A DNA stretch of 64,000 bases from Carcharhinus longimanus (lineage: Eukaryota), in NCBI GenBank assembly GCA_030264375.1, contig JASCQW010000119.1, positions 9,563,659 through 9,627,658 on the forward strand, in the 5' to 3' direction. The notes below the pieces were generated by a model. The model was not told the DNA's origin. It saw nothing but the letters and a program-made list of their open reading frames with translations, and made no database searches. This document shows, piece by piece, positions 13,571 to 25,900 of this stretch. The position numbers and the translations under genes were made by a program. The number at the start of each line of letters is the position of its first letter. Positions within the stretch are counted from its first letter, which is position 1.

Positions 13571-14170
13571 CAGATTCTTAATTCCAGTAATCCATTGGGT
13601 TACCAATATATTGTGTATGTGTGTCTGTTTGATCTCGCCTTAACCCGTTAGCTAATATAGATATTTCATTCACCAAATTGTTTTAATTCTCTTTATTTTA
13701 TTTCCTATTCATTCCCTTGATTTTGATATTTGTGGAATGTGTTTCTGTCCGTTTATATGCTCTGTGCAATCGCTCATGATCACCATCGTCATCAAATGTT
13801 CTTCTCGCTGTTATTAAAAATGTTGTCAATTATGCCTTTCACATTCATCTCTTGAAAAGTAAACGCCTCATTTCGACAAGCGACATATTGTTTTCGGTGC
13901 ACACATTTTCTTTATTGCTTATGGAGAATCACGTGCTTTGGAATGCATGTATTGAATTCTGGATTGGAAGCCATTGTCATTTTAACGCTATTAATGTTGT
14001 TCCCCTAGGCAACTCTGTAAAATGGCCTTCGTATCACATGTAGTTTTTATACGTAGGCAAAAGGCCCCAATTCCAAGATCAGCCCAATGTTCATGATTCA
14101 TTTAGCAATCAGCATACTAATATCACACTGCCCAATATTTCCGTTGCAAACAGATTACAAAATACTATTT

Positions 14171-14430
14171 CATAAGAGCATAAGAACATAAGAAATAGGA
14201 GCAGGAGTAGGCCATCTGGCCCTTCGAGCCTGCCCCGCCATTCAATANNNNNNNNNNNNNNNNNNNNNNNNNNNNNNNNNNNNNNNNNNNNNNNNNNNNN
14301 NNNNNNNNNNNNNNNNNNNNNNNNNNNNNNNNNNNNNNNNNNNNNNNTTATTCAGCCTCTCCTCATAGCTCAACCCCCTCAACTCCGGTATCAGCCTAGT
14401 AAACCTCCTCTGCACTCCCTCCAAAGCCAA
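14171..14430 (-). mobile_element. 5'-truncated young CR1 LINE (with gap)
   Basis: ALEGVQRRFTRLIPELRGLSYEERL plus CR1 3' tail. Confidence 0.92.
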
Positions 14431-14574
14431 TTCCTCTTTGTTTGGTACTGCTTTCAGTAACTAATATACCTACTTGTTGAACAGCATCTTCTTTCTTGAA
14501 AACTAACTCTCAGGCATCCGATAAATTCGAATTTCTTGCAAATTAGTGTTGCATTCTCTATATTCACATTGCAA

Positions 14575-17500
14575 CACCTCATCATCGCTTTGTTGCCCTT
14601 GTTACATTGATCTATATTTGTATTTGATTCTGTCGTGCTCCATTTTACAGAATACCTGTTGGCCTATCAGCAACTATAATCGTGATCGTATGCCTGGTTC
14701 TGTTTCTTTACTACACTCAAGCCATTTACAATCCCACATTGAGACTTACGATCCAATCTCAATCATTGCATCTTTATTCAGTTATTCACTGGGTACAATT
14801 CATAACTGTCAAACAATTCAGAAATGTTAGTTCCAAAATATTGCAGGCATCACCGTATACTAAGGAACATGCTATATCACTTTCCTGCTATTCATAGAAT
14901 TAGAGAACGCCTACAGTGCAGAAGAAGGCCATTCAACCCATCTAGCCTGCACTAACAACAATCCCATCCGGGCCTTATCTCAGTAACGCCACATACTTAC
15001 CTCACTAATCCCTCTAACATAAGCATGCAGAAGTATTAAGAAAAAGAAACATGAACATTCAACCTAGATCACAAATCTATGCCTGTCGAAGGAAACCTGA
15101 GCAACATTTTTAATAACACCTGAAACTGGTGCTGACACGAAGAGAATGTGCAATCTCACACAGACAGTGATCCAACTTGGGCTTCGAACCCACATCACTA
15201 AAACAGTGAGACAGCAGAGCTACCGACTGCCCTACCGTGCCATCCGTCTCTGGAATTAATCTATCTTGTTTCCAATGATGTAGACGTTCATCGATTGTCA
15301 TTAAGTTTGCTTTTTTTTTCTAATGTCTAGTTATAATTTCTTGTAAACGTTTAGGTCTGCATATTTTACTCTTTATCACAGTAGTTTGGCAGATATTTCG
15401 ATATCGTTATCCTGCTCCCTTAGGTTCATTGGGAGGTATAAACGGAAATAAGTACTTTTGGCAATGTCCTCCTTTAATCTTCCCACACGTGTACTGCTTC
15501 TATCACAGCTTCCCCATCTCTACATATTGTTTGACTCGGCAGGTCACTGGCAGTTGCACGGTTGGGTGAACATGATTCTAATTGAACAGCTACAACTTTA
15601 CACAATATTCTTGCCAGCGCGTAACGAATTTAAACACATCTCTACACTTTCAATCCGGAGTCACAATTAAATCGTTGCAATTCCATTTGTTCTATCGAGG
15701 TTTTCTTACCCTTGAGAAAATAATACGTATATCATTAGTTTTCCATGTACCAAAATCGCTGCATATGGCATTGCAGATATCAGTTTATAATGGCTTAAAA
15801 ATATTGAGAGCAAATTTTCAGCACATTGTTTATCGCCATTGCACATGAGAAAGATGCGCTAGATTGATCACCCACTCCCTGAAATGATGACCATAATGTG
15901 GTCTAAATCGCATCATTTCAAACTAACTATACCTGAGCTTATGCAGCCGCGATTTACATCTCTAAATAAGAACAAGCACGCAAAAAATCACATGTCTACG
16001 ACTATTGTAACTTTTTTTCGGCATCCAGTTGTATCAATTAGTTGCGCATTCGTTGTGAATTATTCCTCCGGTTTTGAAGGCAGTGCAGCTATGTATCTCA
16101 TGCATTTTTGGGAAGGAATTGAATAAGGTAAGTTCAGTGTCGTACTCAATATTTGTAAACAGTAAGGCGAAATTATGTTGTTCATAAACACTTCAACAGT
16201 TATGATAAATGGTAGTTTTTGGTCCCTGGCCACCTTCAAATAATGCACTGATGATATACAGATCCGATATAGTGCTTCAGTCAAATGTTATCCAATATAT
16301 ATTTGGCTAGTGCCCGTTTCAAGGATGGAAATGATGTGAATTTCCATGGTTAAACATATTAATAAAGATCACTTTGATTGCTCCAATATTGACCACCTAC
16401 CAGTGTCTTGAATAAGTTTGTCTAACGCTGCAAAAAATGAATATGTGTGTTGAAGTCGTTGGTTTGCATTTCTACATTTCTTTTTTGTTCTTTTAACACA
16501 TATTACAGCCTTACAACGCGCTAACCAATTTCAATTTAGATTACTCGCTCTAGAGATGAATACCTCTAAGAGTTTTATTTTTCACAACAACTTAATTGCA
16601 GTGTTAATAATATTCTTCTTGTGATTCTAATAAAAAAAAACTTCAAACTTTTTTTCAAGCTGAAATGGAAAGCTTTTGACACACTAACTCCCACTTAAGT
16701 TCATTTGGCAAGTTTTCGAAAGCTTATGAATGTTTTATTTTATAAAACATTCCACAAGTGGTGAATCCTAAAAAAAAAAGTTTGACACAGCCAGGATTGG
16801 AAATATGTCTAAAGAAAGCAATATTGTGCCACCTCCCTTTTTCTATTTTTGCAGTCACCCTCAGAATGATGATCAATTCGTTGTGCATCATCTGCCATTA
16901 GAATGTCAGAATTCCAAGATATTTTTAGAATCAATCATCGATGTTCCCCGAACGAGCAGAAGAGTCGCTAAAAAATAAACCAGTTGCAAAAGATACATAA
17001 AATGCTCGTGAAACGAGCATGCGTTTAGATGACGATTAAACTCCCATGTATTTTGTTGTGGCGTGCTGATTGCAATAAAGGAATTAATTAGATATTACGG
17101 TGTTGAAATGTAATGTATACACACCTGAATTCTCTTCCACTTTCAGTATATCTGTTATTGAAAATAAAAAAGTTTCAAGTCTCCATCGATCCATAGACTA
17201 AAATGAGCAGGAACAGCAGATTTGGCACTTACAGCTTGCTTCCCCATTCAGTAATATCACTGCTGATGTGGTTACGATTAAGACATCATTTTACCTTAAG
17301 CCTCCATAACATTTGACTCCTCGGTAACAAAAAAAAACTAAAAATGTATGAAATATGTCCAGAGATAAGTCCACACTGATTGCACTTTGGAAGAAATAAT
17401 GCTCTCTCATTTCGTGTGTAAAAAGAAAAAGAAAATGACGCCTGCTCCGTCGTTTTAACTTCACAAACAATAGAAAATATCTTCAAGGCATCCAAACTGA

Positions 17501-18900
17501 AAATACCTTTTTGGCATAACCCCTTTTAACGTTTTTACATGATATGACCCATTCAACGCAACAACATTTTGTAAACGACTGTCAAAACAATCATTATTTT
17601 TTAATATAATTACAGCGTCTTCCAAGCTTTTTTTTGGCTTGCTCCCCTTTTAACCGTGCATTCCTCTTCCATAGACGGCAACACGAATTCGACTGACACA
17701 CAATTTGTTATAACTGATTCATAATTGCATGTGACCCATGCACAATACAATCTACACTTTTTTTTTGTCATTTGCACATATAAATCGGTTGTTTTAGACT
17801 TTAAACAAAAAAAAACCCTGCTAAAACAGCACATTCACAATTTTCCACGTTACATTCCACTGATATATAGTTTCACAACTCATCATACCCGCAATATCCC
17901 TTTGCGAAACTTTCCTCTTCAAAATTTAATGCCCTGTCTGTATTGCCGTCATTGTTAAATTTAGGTCTGACACATTCCTTCCACTCAAACAAACGATTGG
18001 TACATGTTTAAAAGTGGTCTGGGCCATGTGTAATCCCATTCCGAAAAGAAAAATCTATTCCTACTTTTGTTTGTTTTTTTTTGTGCGGATCTTTCACCCG
18101 TTCTGCATATTAGCCAAAAGTGCAACGTGTTTGTATCCTGCTTATTAACCTTTGAGGCGGCATATTGTCAAATGTGAGAGTGGGGAAAAAAATGCGCCAA
18201 GTCAACTAATTCCGACTTAAACAATATAAACGCACATTTCATTGAAAGTGAAGGGAGGGCATTATGATAACCAACTCTACGCCAACACTACGGAAGAACA
18301 TACCAAACAACCCCACCTCCTCCCCGCCCCTCCCCCCTCAAACCCCAAAGTTGCACAGAGCTAATCAATTGAACCAACACATGTTTTTGGGAACAAATGG
18401 ATAATTTTGCTTGGACAGTCCACCTAACCAGCACATCAGTGGACAATCATAAATTCTAATACTTCATTTTTTTTTGTCAAGTTATTTAAATGCCTTGTCT
18501 TTTACTTTAGTTTTGCCTGAGAAAATGATGATGATTTATGTACCCTGCTGCGGCAACTCTTATGAGTGAATCAGACATTTTTCTCCAGGATAATTGTATT
18601 GAAATATCGCCTGTAGCTGCCTATTTCCTGTACAGGCTCTTTCTTCAGACGTCATGACATTACGATTTGGAAATAAATCGAATTGTAACATTTGTCATTT
18701 TCACTATAACGTGATGGAAACATTTTGGGATCTTGAAAATACGTTTTCAAACAAACAATTCTAACGACCGATATTGAGCGCATGTTGCGACGAGCAAATC
18801 TCTGAAACAACAATGCGACTTTCTGTAACATACAATTGTCTAATTGACATATTTTCCTGGCATTAATGTTTTTACTTGAGTTTGTAAGCGAAATATCATC
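14575..18900 (+). pseudogene. SLC9C1: SLC9C1-like pseudogene copy P2 (NHE to CNBD)
   Basis: CRAPFYRIPVGLSATIIVIV (14630) vs urchin SRSLFKKLPIPYTVVLLIL. HIETYDP (14735); LVSND (~15266) vs LVSSD; LNSYNF (15582) vs LNSTSF; FLTLEKIIR vs YLTLIVLR; NLHFFFV..KKTLLKQHIHNF (17750-17845, VSD S2-S3); DVMTLRFGN (18648) vs KVVTFDCGN. Confidence 0.78.
14893..15241 (-). mobile_element. HE1-type V-SINE
   Basis: GGCACGGTAG..GGTAGC head, B-box-like GGTTCGAAG, V core and HER1-like tail. Confidence 0.8.
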
Positions 18901-19269
18901 GTCAGTAGTCATCTTTCCGTTTGACAAATGAATGAACTGTCCAGCTATCAGTGCTTTCATTTCTCATTCAATCGTCAGTCTAAATTGTTAACACATGAAT
19001 TTTTTTTGGATATTAAATCAATCTTGCTATTCTCCTGACTGCCTTGTTTTAAAACCAAACGTGCGATATTTCTATGCGAATTTAGCGAGAAACAAAATAA
19101 TGCTTGTAGGCTGCGCTTATTTTTAAATTCATGGGATATTCAACATGGTAATTGTCTTTCCAACATTTGTCTTAGAGAGCAGAATAACCAGCACGGGATA
19201 TAATAAATGACGAATGAAAATCAACCTAATGTGTGCATGCGATGTCATCATACTTCAATTGGCGAAATC

Positions 19270-22200
19270 AATCATTTTGTTCTAAACATGAAGAAGATTT
19301 ACTGCTCAGATCCAACACAATTGTTTATGTTAAATTTAGTATAGAATACATGATGCAATTACCACGATTCAATTCAAACTCTCCTCTTTCAAGTAACCCT
19401 AAACATAAAAAAAAAATGTAAGCAGAGTGCAGTATTTAAAGTTTAATCTTGGAGGAAGGCAGAGTGCATCAAATACGATTTGGGAATTTACTGGCAAGTT
19501 AACAAAAGTTACTGCCCTCTACAGTATATTTTCTTCATTTCAGCTGTTTCATTATGTTTTGGATATTGGACAATACATTCGGCATCAGTGTATGTTATTA
19601 AAAAAAACAGTGCTGTTCTCTTCTCTTTCCTTACATGTTCTCCATAGATTATTTTGTCGTGATCCTGAAAGTTTAAATTGAAATCATACGAAACGAAATG
19701 AGTCTCCATGCTTAAATTCAGATGGAAAACCCATGGTTTCAACTGCAGGTATAACCGAAAGATAGTTCAGGATGTTTGTTGACTTTCAGTCCGTGTGAAT
19801 GATAGCAAATGGGAAGTTTTGTGTCAGTTAAGTTTAATTCCTAAATCGAAATTACGAAATATCTAGAGAAAAGAATTAGGAGTGTCATTGGCCTCCGACA
19901 ACCATGTCGTCAATTATTTTAATACTCGATGCGGCTGAGGACGCTCTCGTAAAACAAGTAGATTTGACGAAGAAACAATTGACTGTCATTTTCCAGGGCA
20001 CAGAAGCATTGAATGGTCGACGGAATTGAGGATTTGACGCAAAAATGCTAGAATGCAAAAGACAAGAGTTCTGAGTCACCATGAAGCAATTTCCAAGGAA
20101 GTTTGTTAAAAAACGTCTTTTAGGAAATTTGTCGGAGTAAGTGTGAACAGTTGTTCGATTTTCAAAATAGATCACTAGTATGGACATTGATTTAATCTAG
20201 CAAAATTGCCTCAACAGTGAAATTGACACCTGTGCATTTAATTCTTTGTTGGCGTATCATTTTTGCAAAATATTTTGTTATATTCCATAGTGTTGTTTAA
20301 GCATTTGTGTGGCCGCAATTTCGTGTGAATCAGTGGTGAACAGAGTGCAAGAATAACTTAACGAAAGAGGTCAACCCTTCTGTTGTACCCAGAGAACATA
20401 GTGGTTACGAAGCATACAGGGCACATATATTTTGGAATTGTAATATATTAGTGCAATTTCGATGACAGATTTTATGGTAAAGCATCTCCCGGTAAAGCTG
20501 TGATAACATATTTATACGTTTCCAACTCCTATTCCAAACAGAGGGGCAGGTCGCCAAACGTAAGAGATTGTGAAAATACTGATATTCATCATTAGGATCA
20601 TAACGAATAATATTTAAAATTATTAACTAATCAAAGAGTCGAATTCGTTTTCTGAACATGACCGAGCATTACATTACTGCAATAGATTGTGTGCATAATA
20701 AAAATGTATCCTCGATAATAACGGATGAATGGAACTGAACCTGTCATTTTTTTTCAAATATATCGATCATAATCTGCGATGCAGAAAATGCCTCATTGGA
20801 GGACCAGCTTGTTGTACAGAAAACAATAACAGGAAAGTGTTTTAAAAGCAATGCAAAACATTAGTGTGAATTCATATAAAAAATTGCAAACATTTGTTAT
20901 CTAGTAGAAATTGCAAGATGCTCCAAACATTTTTTTTAATGGGACAAAACGATGGGACAAATGAAATTTATTGTAATCACTGGAGAAGCACACTAGCAAA
21001 ACTAATGTAAATGAAAAATGAAATGTCCATTGACCTCGTGGTCTTCCATTCCGCAGAAGTGATAATAACGTTGGCAGAGATGTGCACTTGCAATATTCCA
21101 ACATGCTGTTCTGCCTGCAGAATAATCCGAGTATATTCAAAAACCGTTATTCAACACCGGCAGCTAATAAGGGAACTGTATTTGCTGATAATCTGTCAAA
21201 ATGAGAGAATAAATTGTTAACTTGGGGTTCATGGCATTTTTGATCAAATATTAATGCAAACTGGACTGGAAACGTTATACATTACTTGTGGAAAATGATT
21301 TTTTGTCTGGAAAATATAAAAAAAAAGTAGGCAAGTGGAAGGTTACTGGACTCCGTCAAGTTTCATATTTCCAAATATACGATTAGTAATCTGGTACAAT
21401 TTATTTCTAATCTTTGTAACAATATATCTTCCACTTTTGCAACCAATGCTGATGAATGCGAGAGTAAAAAATATTATGTTCGATCCAAATTTTCCGACTA
21501 TTCTGTTACACATGTGATATGTATACAGGACGAGTTCTCTGAATCACGGATGGAAACAAATGCATATCTTCTCTGTACGTGAAGCTTTCCACTTGGGTGA
21601 GAGGAGGTGAAGGGAATATGGTATGTATATGGAATGAGTGAGCAACGTTCCATGATACTGCTAAATGTGAAGTTTGTTCAGGAAGTAAAACAAGTCATTG
21701 TTATCATATAATAATCAACTAGGAAAATGGGAAGATGTGCTTGTTGGAGAACTACGGAGAACAAAATTGGGAAAGTGTTATTACAGCAATGCAGACATCA
21801 GTATAAATTCGCATACAACATTGCAAATAATCTTTGTTTTATAATAGAGGAACACTGTTCCAAACACTGTTGCAAAAAGCAGGAGGATGGGAGAAATGAA
21901 GCTTATTTTGATCACTGGAAAAAACGCACTGCAAATGTAATGTAAATTAGAAATAAAATGTTCTTTGAAGAGATGCTCCTCCGTCCAGGGGAAGTGATAG
22001 AAATGTTTGCAGAGAGCTATATTGCGTGCAATCTAACAAGATTTTGTACAGTCAGCAGCGCAATCCAGATGTATCTGAAAACGGCTATGTAAAATCAACA
22101 ACAGAAAGAGAATCCGCATTGACGACGAATGATACGGGAATCAGACATTTGCAAAACAATGTAATGACCTGTTAAGGAAAGGTTACAACATTTGTATCAT

Positions 22201-23270
22201 ATTATTACAGTCAGGCAGTACAAAATTATTACTGGAAAATTATTTTGTCCCTGGAAAATAATTAACAAGTGATAATGTGGGATTACTTGACTGAGCGGAT
22301 TTGCCTTTTTTGAAGTCAAATGTTAGCAACCTGCCGAACATTCCTATAACGGAACAATTTATGGCAGTTGTAATAATACGCGTTCGGATTTCGTTAGGTA
22401 CTGATGACGTAGTTGAAGGGAGCTGCTTCATTCCAACCAGGTGCTCCAAATTTTCAATGATAAATGTGATCACTGCAACCGAACCTTGATATAAGCAATT
22501 GATCATTGAACACAAATATTTGATGCATCGACAGAAAACTCTGCATTTACTATGTTTTTATTTGGATGAGCGGAGGTCAAGACATAATGCTACATGAATT
22601 GAGTGAGACAGCAATGTATTAGCGCACTGATAAACCTACGTGTCCTCGGTTAGGACAAGGATATCAAATCATTATACTGGTATAAACATCAGCAAGAGAT
22701 AAGAAAAAAAACTAGCTTGCTTTATCACTATCTAGGACAACAGTGGGAAACTTCAGTAACAGCAATGCAACACATTAGTATTGGTATTAACTCACAAACC
22801 AAAATTGCAAATAATCTTTGTCTTGGTACAGTAGCAGCTCTTCAGTACATTTTTAGTCGGGTCAAACCATGGGAGAAAAAGAAATGATCGCTGGAGAAAC
22901 GCACTGGCAAAATTCATGTAAATAAAAACTAAAATATCCATTGACCAGATGGCCTTCAGTCCTGAGACAATGCTAAAAATATCTGCGGGAAACTATATTG
23001 CGTGTTTTCTTCCAACAATCTATGCAGTCTGCAGACGAATCCAAAGTGAATCCGAAAGATCCACATTGACATGTGAACCTGCCATTTGCAAAATGATCGA
23101 AAGATTCGTTAAGGAAGGGTTAACAACATGTTTTCAAAATGGTGTTGGTGCAATCAGTAGTGCAGGTTTATTACCGGAAAATTATTTCCTGTCTTTAAAA
23201 CATCGAGAAATTTGGAATGCAGCATGCAGGGTTCCTACAGTTGAAGGAATACTATGGCCGAAGTTGTGAC
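19270..23270 (+). pseudogene. RGS22/RGSL1-like multi-RGS-domain pseudogene, apparently intronless
   Basis: EEDLLLRSNTIVYVKFSIEYMMQLPRF (19290-19370) vs RGS22 FEDSLATDDFLVDYFNEFLSLPTF. KQVDLTKKQ..GFDAK..MKQFPRKF (19950-20105) fits an RGS C-terminal half. IGINSQTKIANNL (22780) vs INIDFQTKTLIAQNI. FEEMLLRPGEVIEMF..AIQMY (21965-22075) fits an RGS start. Confidence 0.6.
20831..23200 (+). repeat. Diverged tandem triplication, period ~940-975 bp, inside the RGS-like pseudogene
   Basis: Shared motifs (AGCAATGCA..ATTGCAAA..GATCACTGGA..GGAAAATTATTT) recur at ~20831, ~21769 and ~22744. Confidence 0.85.
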
Positions 23271-23531
23271 CTTTCCATCGACATCCACATAGTGCAGAGA
23301 AATTCTATGATTCTGAAGAGTTCATTGTGCCGATACTGAGATTAATTTCCCTCGTCATAGAATGGATGAAAAGAATGCATGCTTTGAAATAAAGTTTCTT
23401 GAATTCAACGCAACGTGACCGTCTTTCGTGTTCTCTTGCTCAGATAGCAGTCAAAACGTGGTCACTTTCCACATAATTCGCAGTTTTAACATTTTGTTTT
23501 GTCACTCGGCCTCAGTGGACTTCGTTTGATC

Positions 23532-24337
23532 TGTTACAGAAGTTCATGAACCGAGAACTGAGGTAAAATTTTGGTTGGTTGCGGAGAAAGGAGTGGGAAA
23601 TAGTTGAATTTGAACTATTTGGATATAAAGGAAGGAAAAGTCAAAATGCAGGCGAGGAAGATGCAATTGATGAGAGCAGAGTTATGAACTGTTATCGGAC
23701 ACCAAATTTTATGAAATTGGGCCCACAATATGGAAGCAGACTAAAGTTATACTCAGAGCCTTTCCACTAAATATCACAAAGTAACATGCACCGATTAGCA
23801 GGCAAGAGCATGCTTTTAGAATACAATTGAGGGCTAGCACAAAAGGGAAGCTGGACAGGATGGCACCGACAGAAACTAAATCCCCACCCCACCAAAATCA
23901 TCACTTCTAAAACAGTCAAACAACCCATGAAGACACCTAAAATTAGCATTGCTAAGGAAACTTTCCTGGCACCTCAAAACCTCTTTTGAGATCAATGACA
24001 CACCTATGTTTCAAACCCCAGAGATTCGAGACCATTAATAACCAATCAGACAAAACGGTTAACACACACTTAAAACAATTTCCTTGACACTTGAAAACAT
24101 CGAGACAGGATGGCTAAGGTCGAACACTGTAAACAAAGTATGAGCATTTGAATCGCATACTGCACCGAAGTTCAGATATAATATAGCCCGCTGCGAGGGA
24201 CCGTTAGAGCGCTTTCGGGACAGACCGAATGTATATCCTGGCTGCGCTTCTCCGTTGACGTAAAAGAAAACAAAGCTGTGCCGTTATTGAACTTCACCCT
24301 GACTCCGGAGTGGTCGTTTCGTCCACTCGCGCTAACA
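23532..24337 (+). mobile_element. Solo LTR
   Basis: TGTTA...TAACA termini; flanks GATC/GACC (4-bp TSD with 1 mismatch); TATA-like element at ~24177 and degenerate poly(A) signal at ~24269. Confidence 0.65.
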
Positions 24338-25299
24338 GACCCAATCAAATCCTTTCCCATCCCCAAGGAACCACGATAACCTTCGGCACCGCCCTGCAAT
24401 TGAGAACTTCCCCCAACTGAACAACTCCCACTTGCTCCAAAGTCATGGCAGAATAACATAGAATCACAGCAGAAATGGAAAACTGTGAATCGATTTGTGT
24501 TTCTGGGGCAGACACTTCAGTCCATGGCCATCTTCAGTCCGCTATCAGAATAATTAGGAACTAACTGCAAGTTTGAACAAGATAGAATGGCCCAGTAGCT
24601 GACGTCAATTATTTGTCATCATATTGTTATCCTTATGACATCAATTATGCACTTACCCTCTGAATTTAAGGTGATTTTGATACAGCAGAACAACGTATTT
24701 CTCATAGTATGATGATGAGGCTGAATACTGCAAGGATCCGTGCTCTTCATACGTGAATAAGCATCATGCTTCCCACACAGCTTTTACAGATATTGCTGAA
24801 ATTGCTTTTAATTGGAAGCCGGGTTCAGCTTCCGGTTCTCTTTACCTCTATCTTCTATCTGTTCCTTTAGTTTTTTCAGTTCTGAAAATGAAATGGTAGC
24901 AGTTGAGAAGCATGACTTGTAACATGGGGCCATTCTGTACAAACGGAATCATCCTGATGATTCAGCACAATTAATTTTCCTCATGTTTATCGCATTTGAA
25001 GGTTGACACTATTAAATAGCGGGTATTTCGGATTGCCGGTGCTGATCGAGTTACCGATTGGACGCTTGATGTGTTTTGGTGAATCTGTAGAATATGAAAC
25101 TCAACGTAAAAAATAAAACATCGCTGCCGATGGTTGCTGATTGCAAATCAAAAATGTTGTAGGATCAGAACAGGCACCATTGTTGGGCGATGCACTCTTA
25201 AGTGAAAAACAAAATATGAATGTCACAGAATTCATTAAAGTTGATTATCTGGACTCTTTCATCACAAATCTCAAAACACATTTTGCCCATTAGCAGTGG

Positions 25300-25900
25300 T
25301 ACGTAGAATCGCCGCCCTCAAAAATACAGACGAGGCACTTCCACTCTACACCAACACATCTCAAATGATAATTGCGCCTACAAAATCTCATTTCCCAAAA
25401 CGTAATGCGCATGCTTGAATTTATGACGCAGTCATTGCTCACCCAGCACTTACTTCTGGATAAATCGAATAATCCTCTCATCCCCACTAAATTGTCTATC
25501 TCTCACATTGTACTTGGGCCCCCACGTTTTTGACCCTTCAACTAAGTGTGCTAATGCCGATAAAGTCCTGTCCTCTATTTTCATTTTCAGGGCCCCCATA
25601 AAAAAAAAACATATGTTACGCTTCAGCCATCCATTCAAAACACACCAATGTCCTTTTGCTGGTCGGAACGTGTTACGCCATCCATTGAATGCTTCCATAC
25701 AAAATTGTTCTTTCATCAGGAATGTAATGAAATTTGTCAAACACGACTACCATTTGACAAAGCCATGTTGACTAACACTGTTCAAACCTTACCGTTTCAA
25801 GTGTTGAGGCATTCTCTCCTGACGTTTCTCTATTTGTTCATTTTAGACCGGACATGGGAAAATGGGCCTGTATTTCGCTGTCTTATCACTAATAAAGTTC
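25300..25900 (-). mobile_element. Old CR1 RT fragment
   Basis: SQHGFVKW*SCLTNFITF at ~25715-25773. Confidence 0.7.

Larger units (their letters stand above)
8738..14020 (+). pseudogene. SLC9C1: SLC9C1-like pseudogene copy P1, near full length (NHE, VSD, CNBD)
   Basis: INW..VFSLFSAVVY (8740-8800) vs IQW..FFRIFTPVVF. LLINVKYNIG*R..IVFGVMRCAGNV (9640-9735) vs VLSRVGHEFSWR..MVCSEMKGMPNI. SYRQ*FQPGL (~10983); SLEIIK (11215) vs SLDTIK; FLLEANMK (11595) vs YILEALLK; GILHVI (11750); GAVSTWKK..CIL (12075); IPGNIFIG (12875, CNBD); HIFFIAYG (~13901). Order is collinear, with many stops and frameshifts. Confidence 0.85.

Noticed and set aside
13304-13620. Strong splice acceptor followed by an ORF on +
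   Set aside because: It is the antisense of an old CR1 RT fragment.
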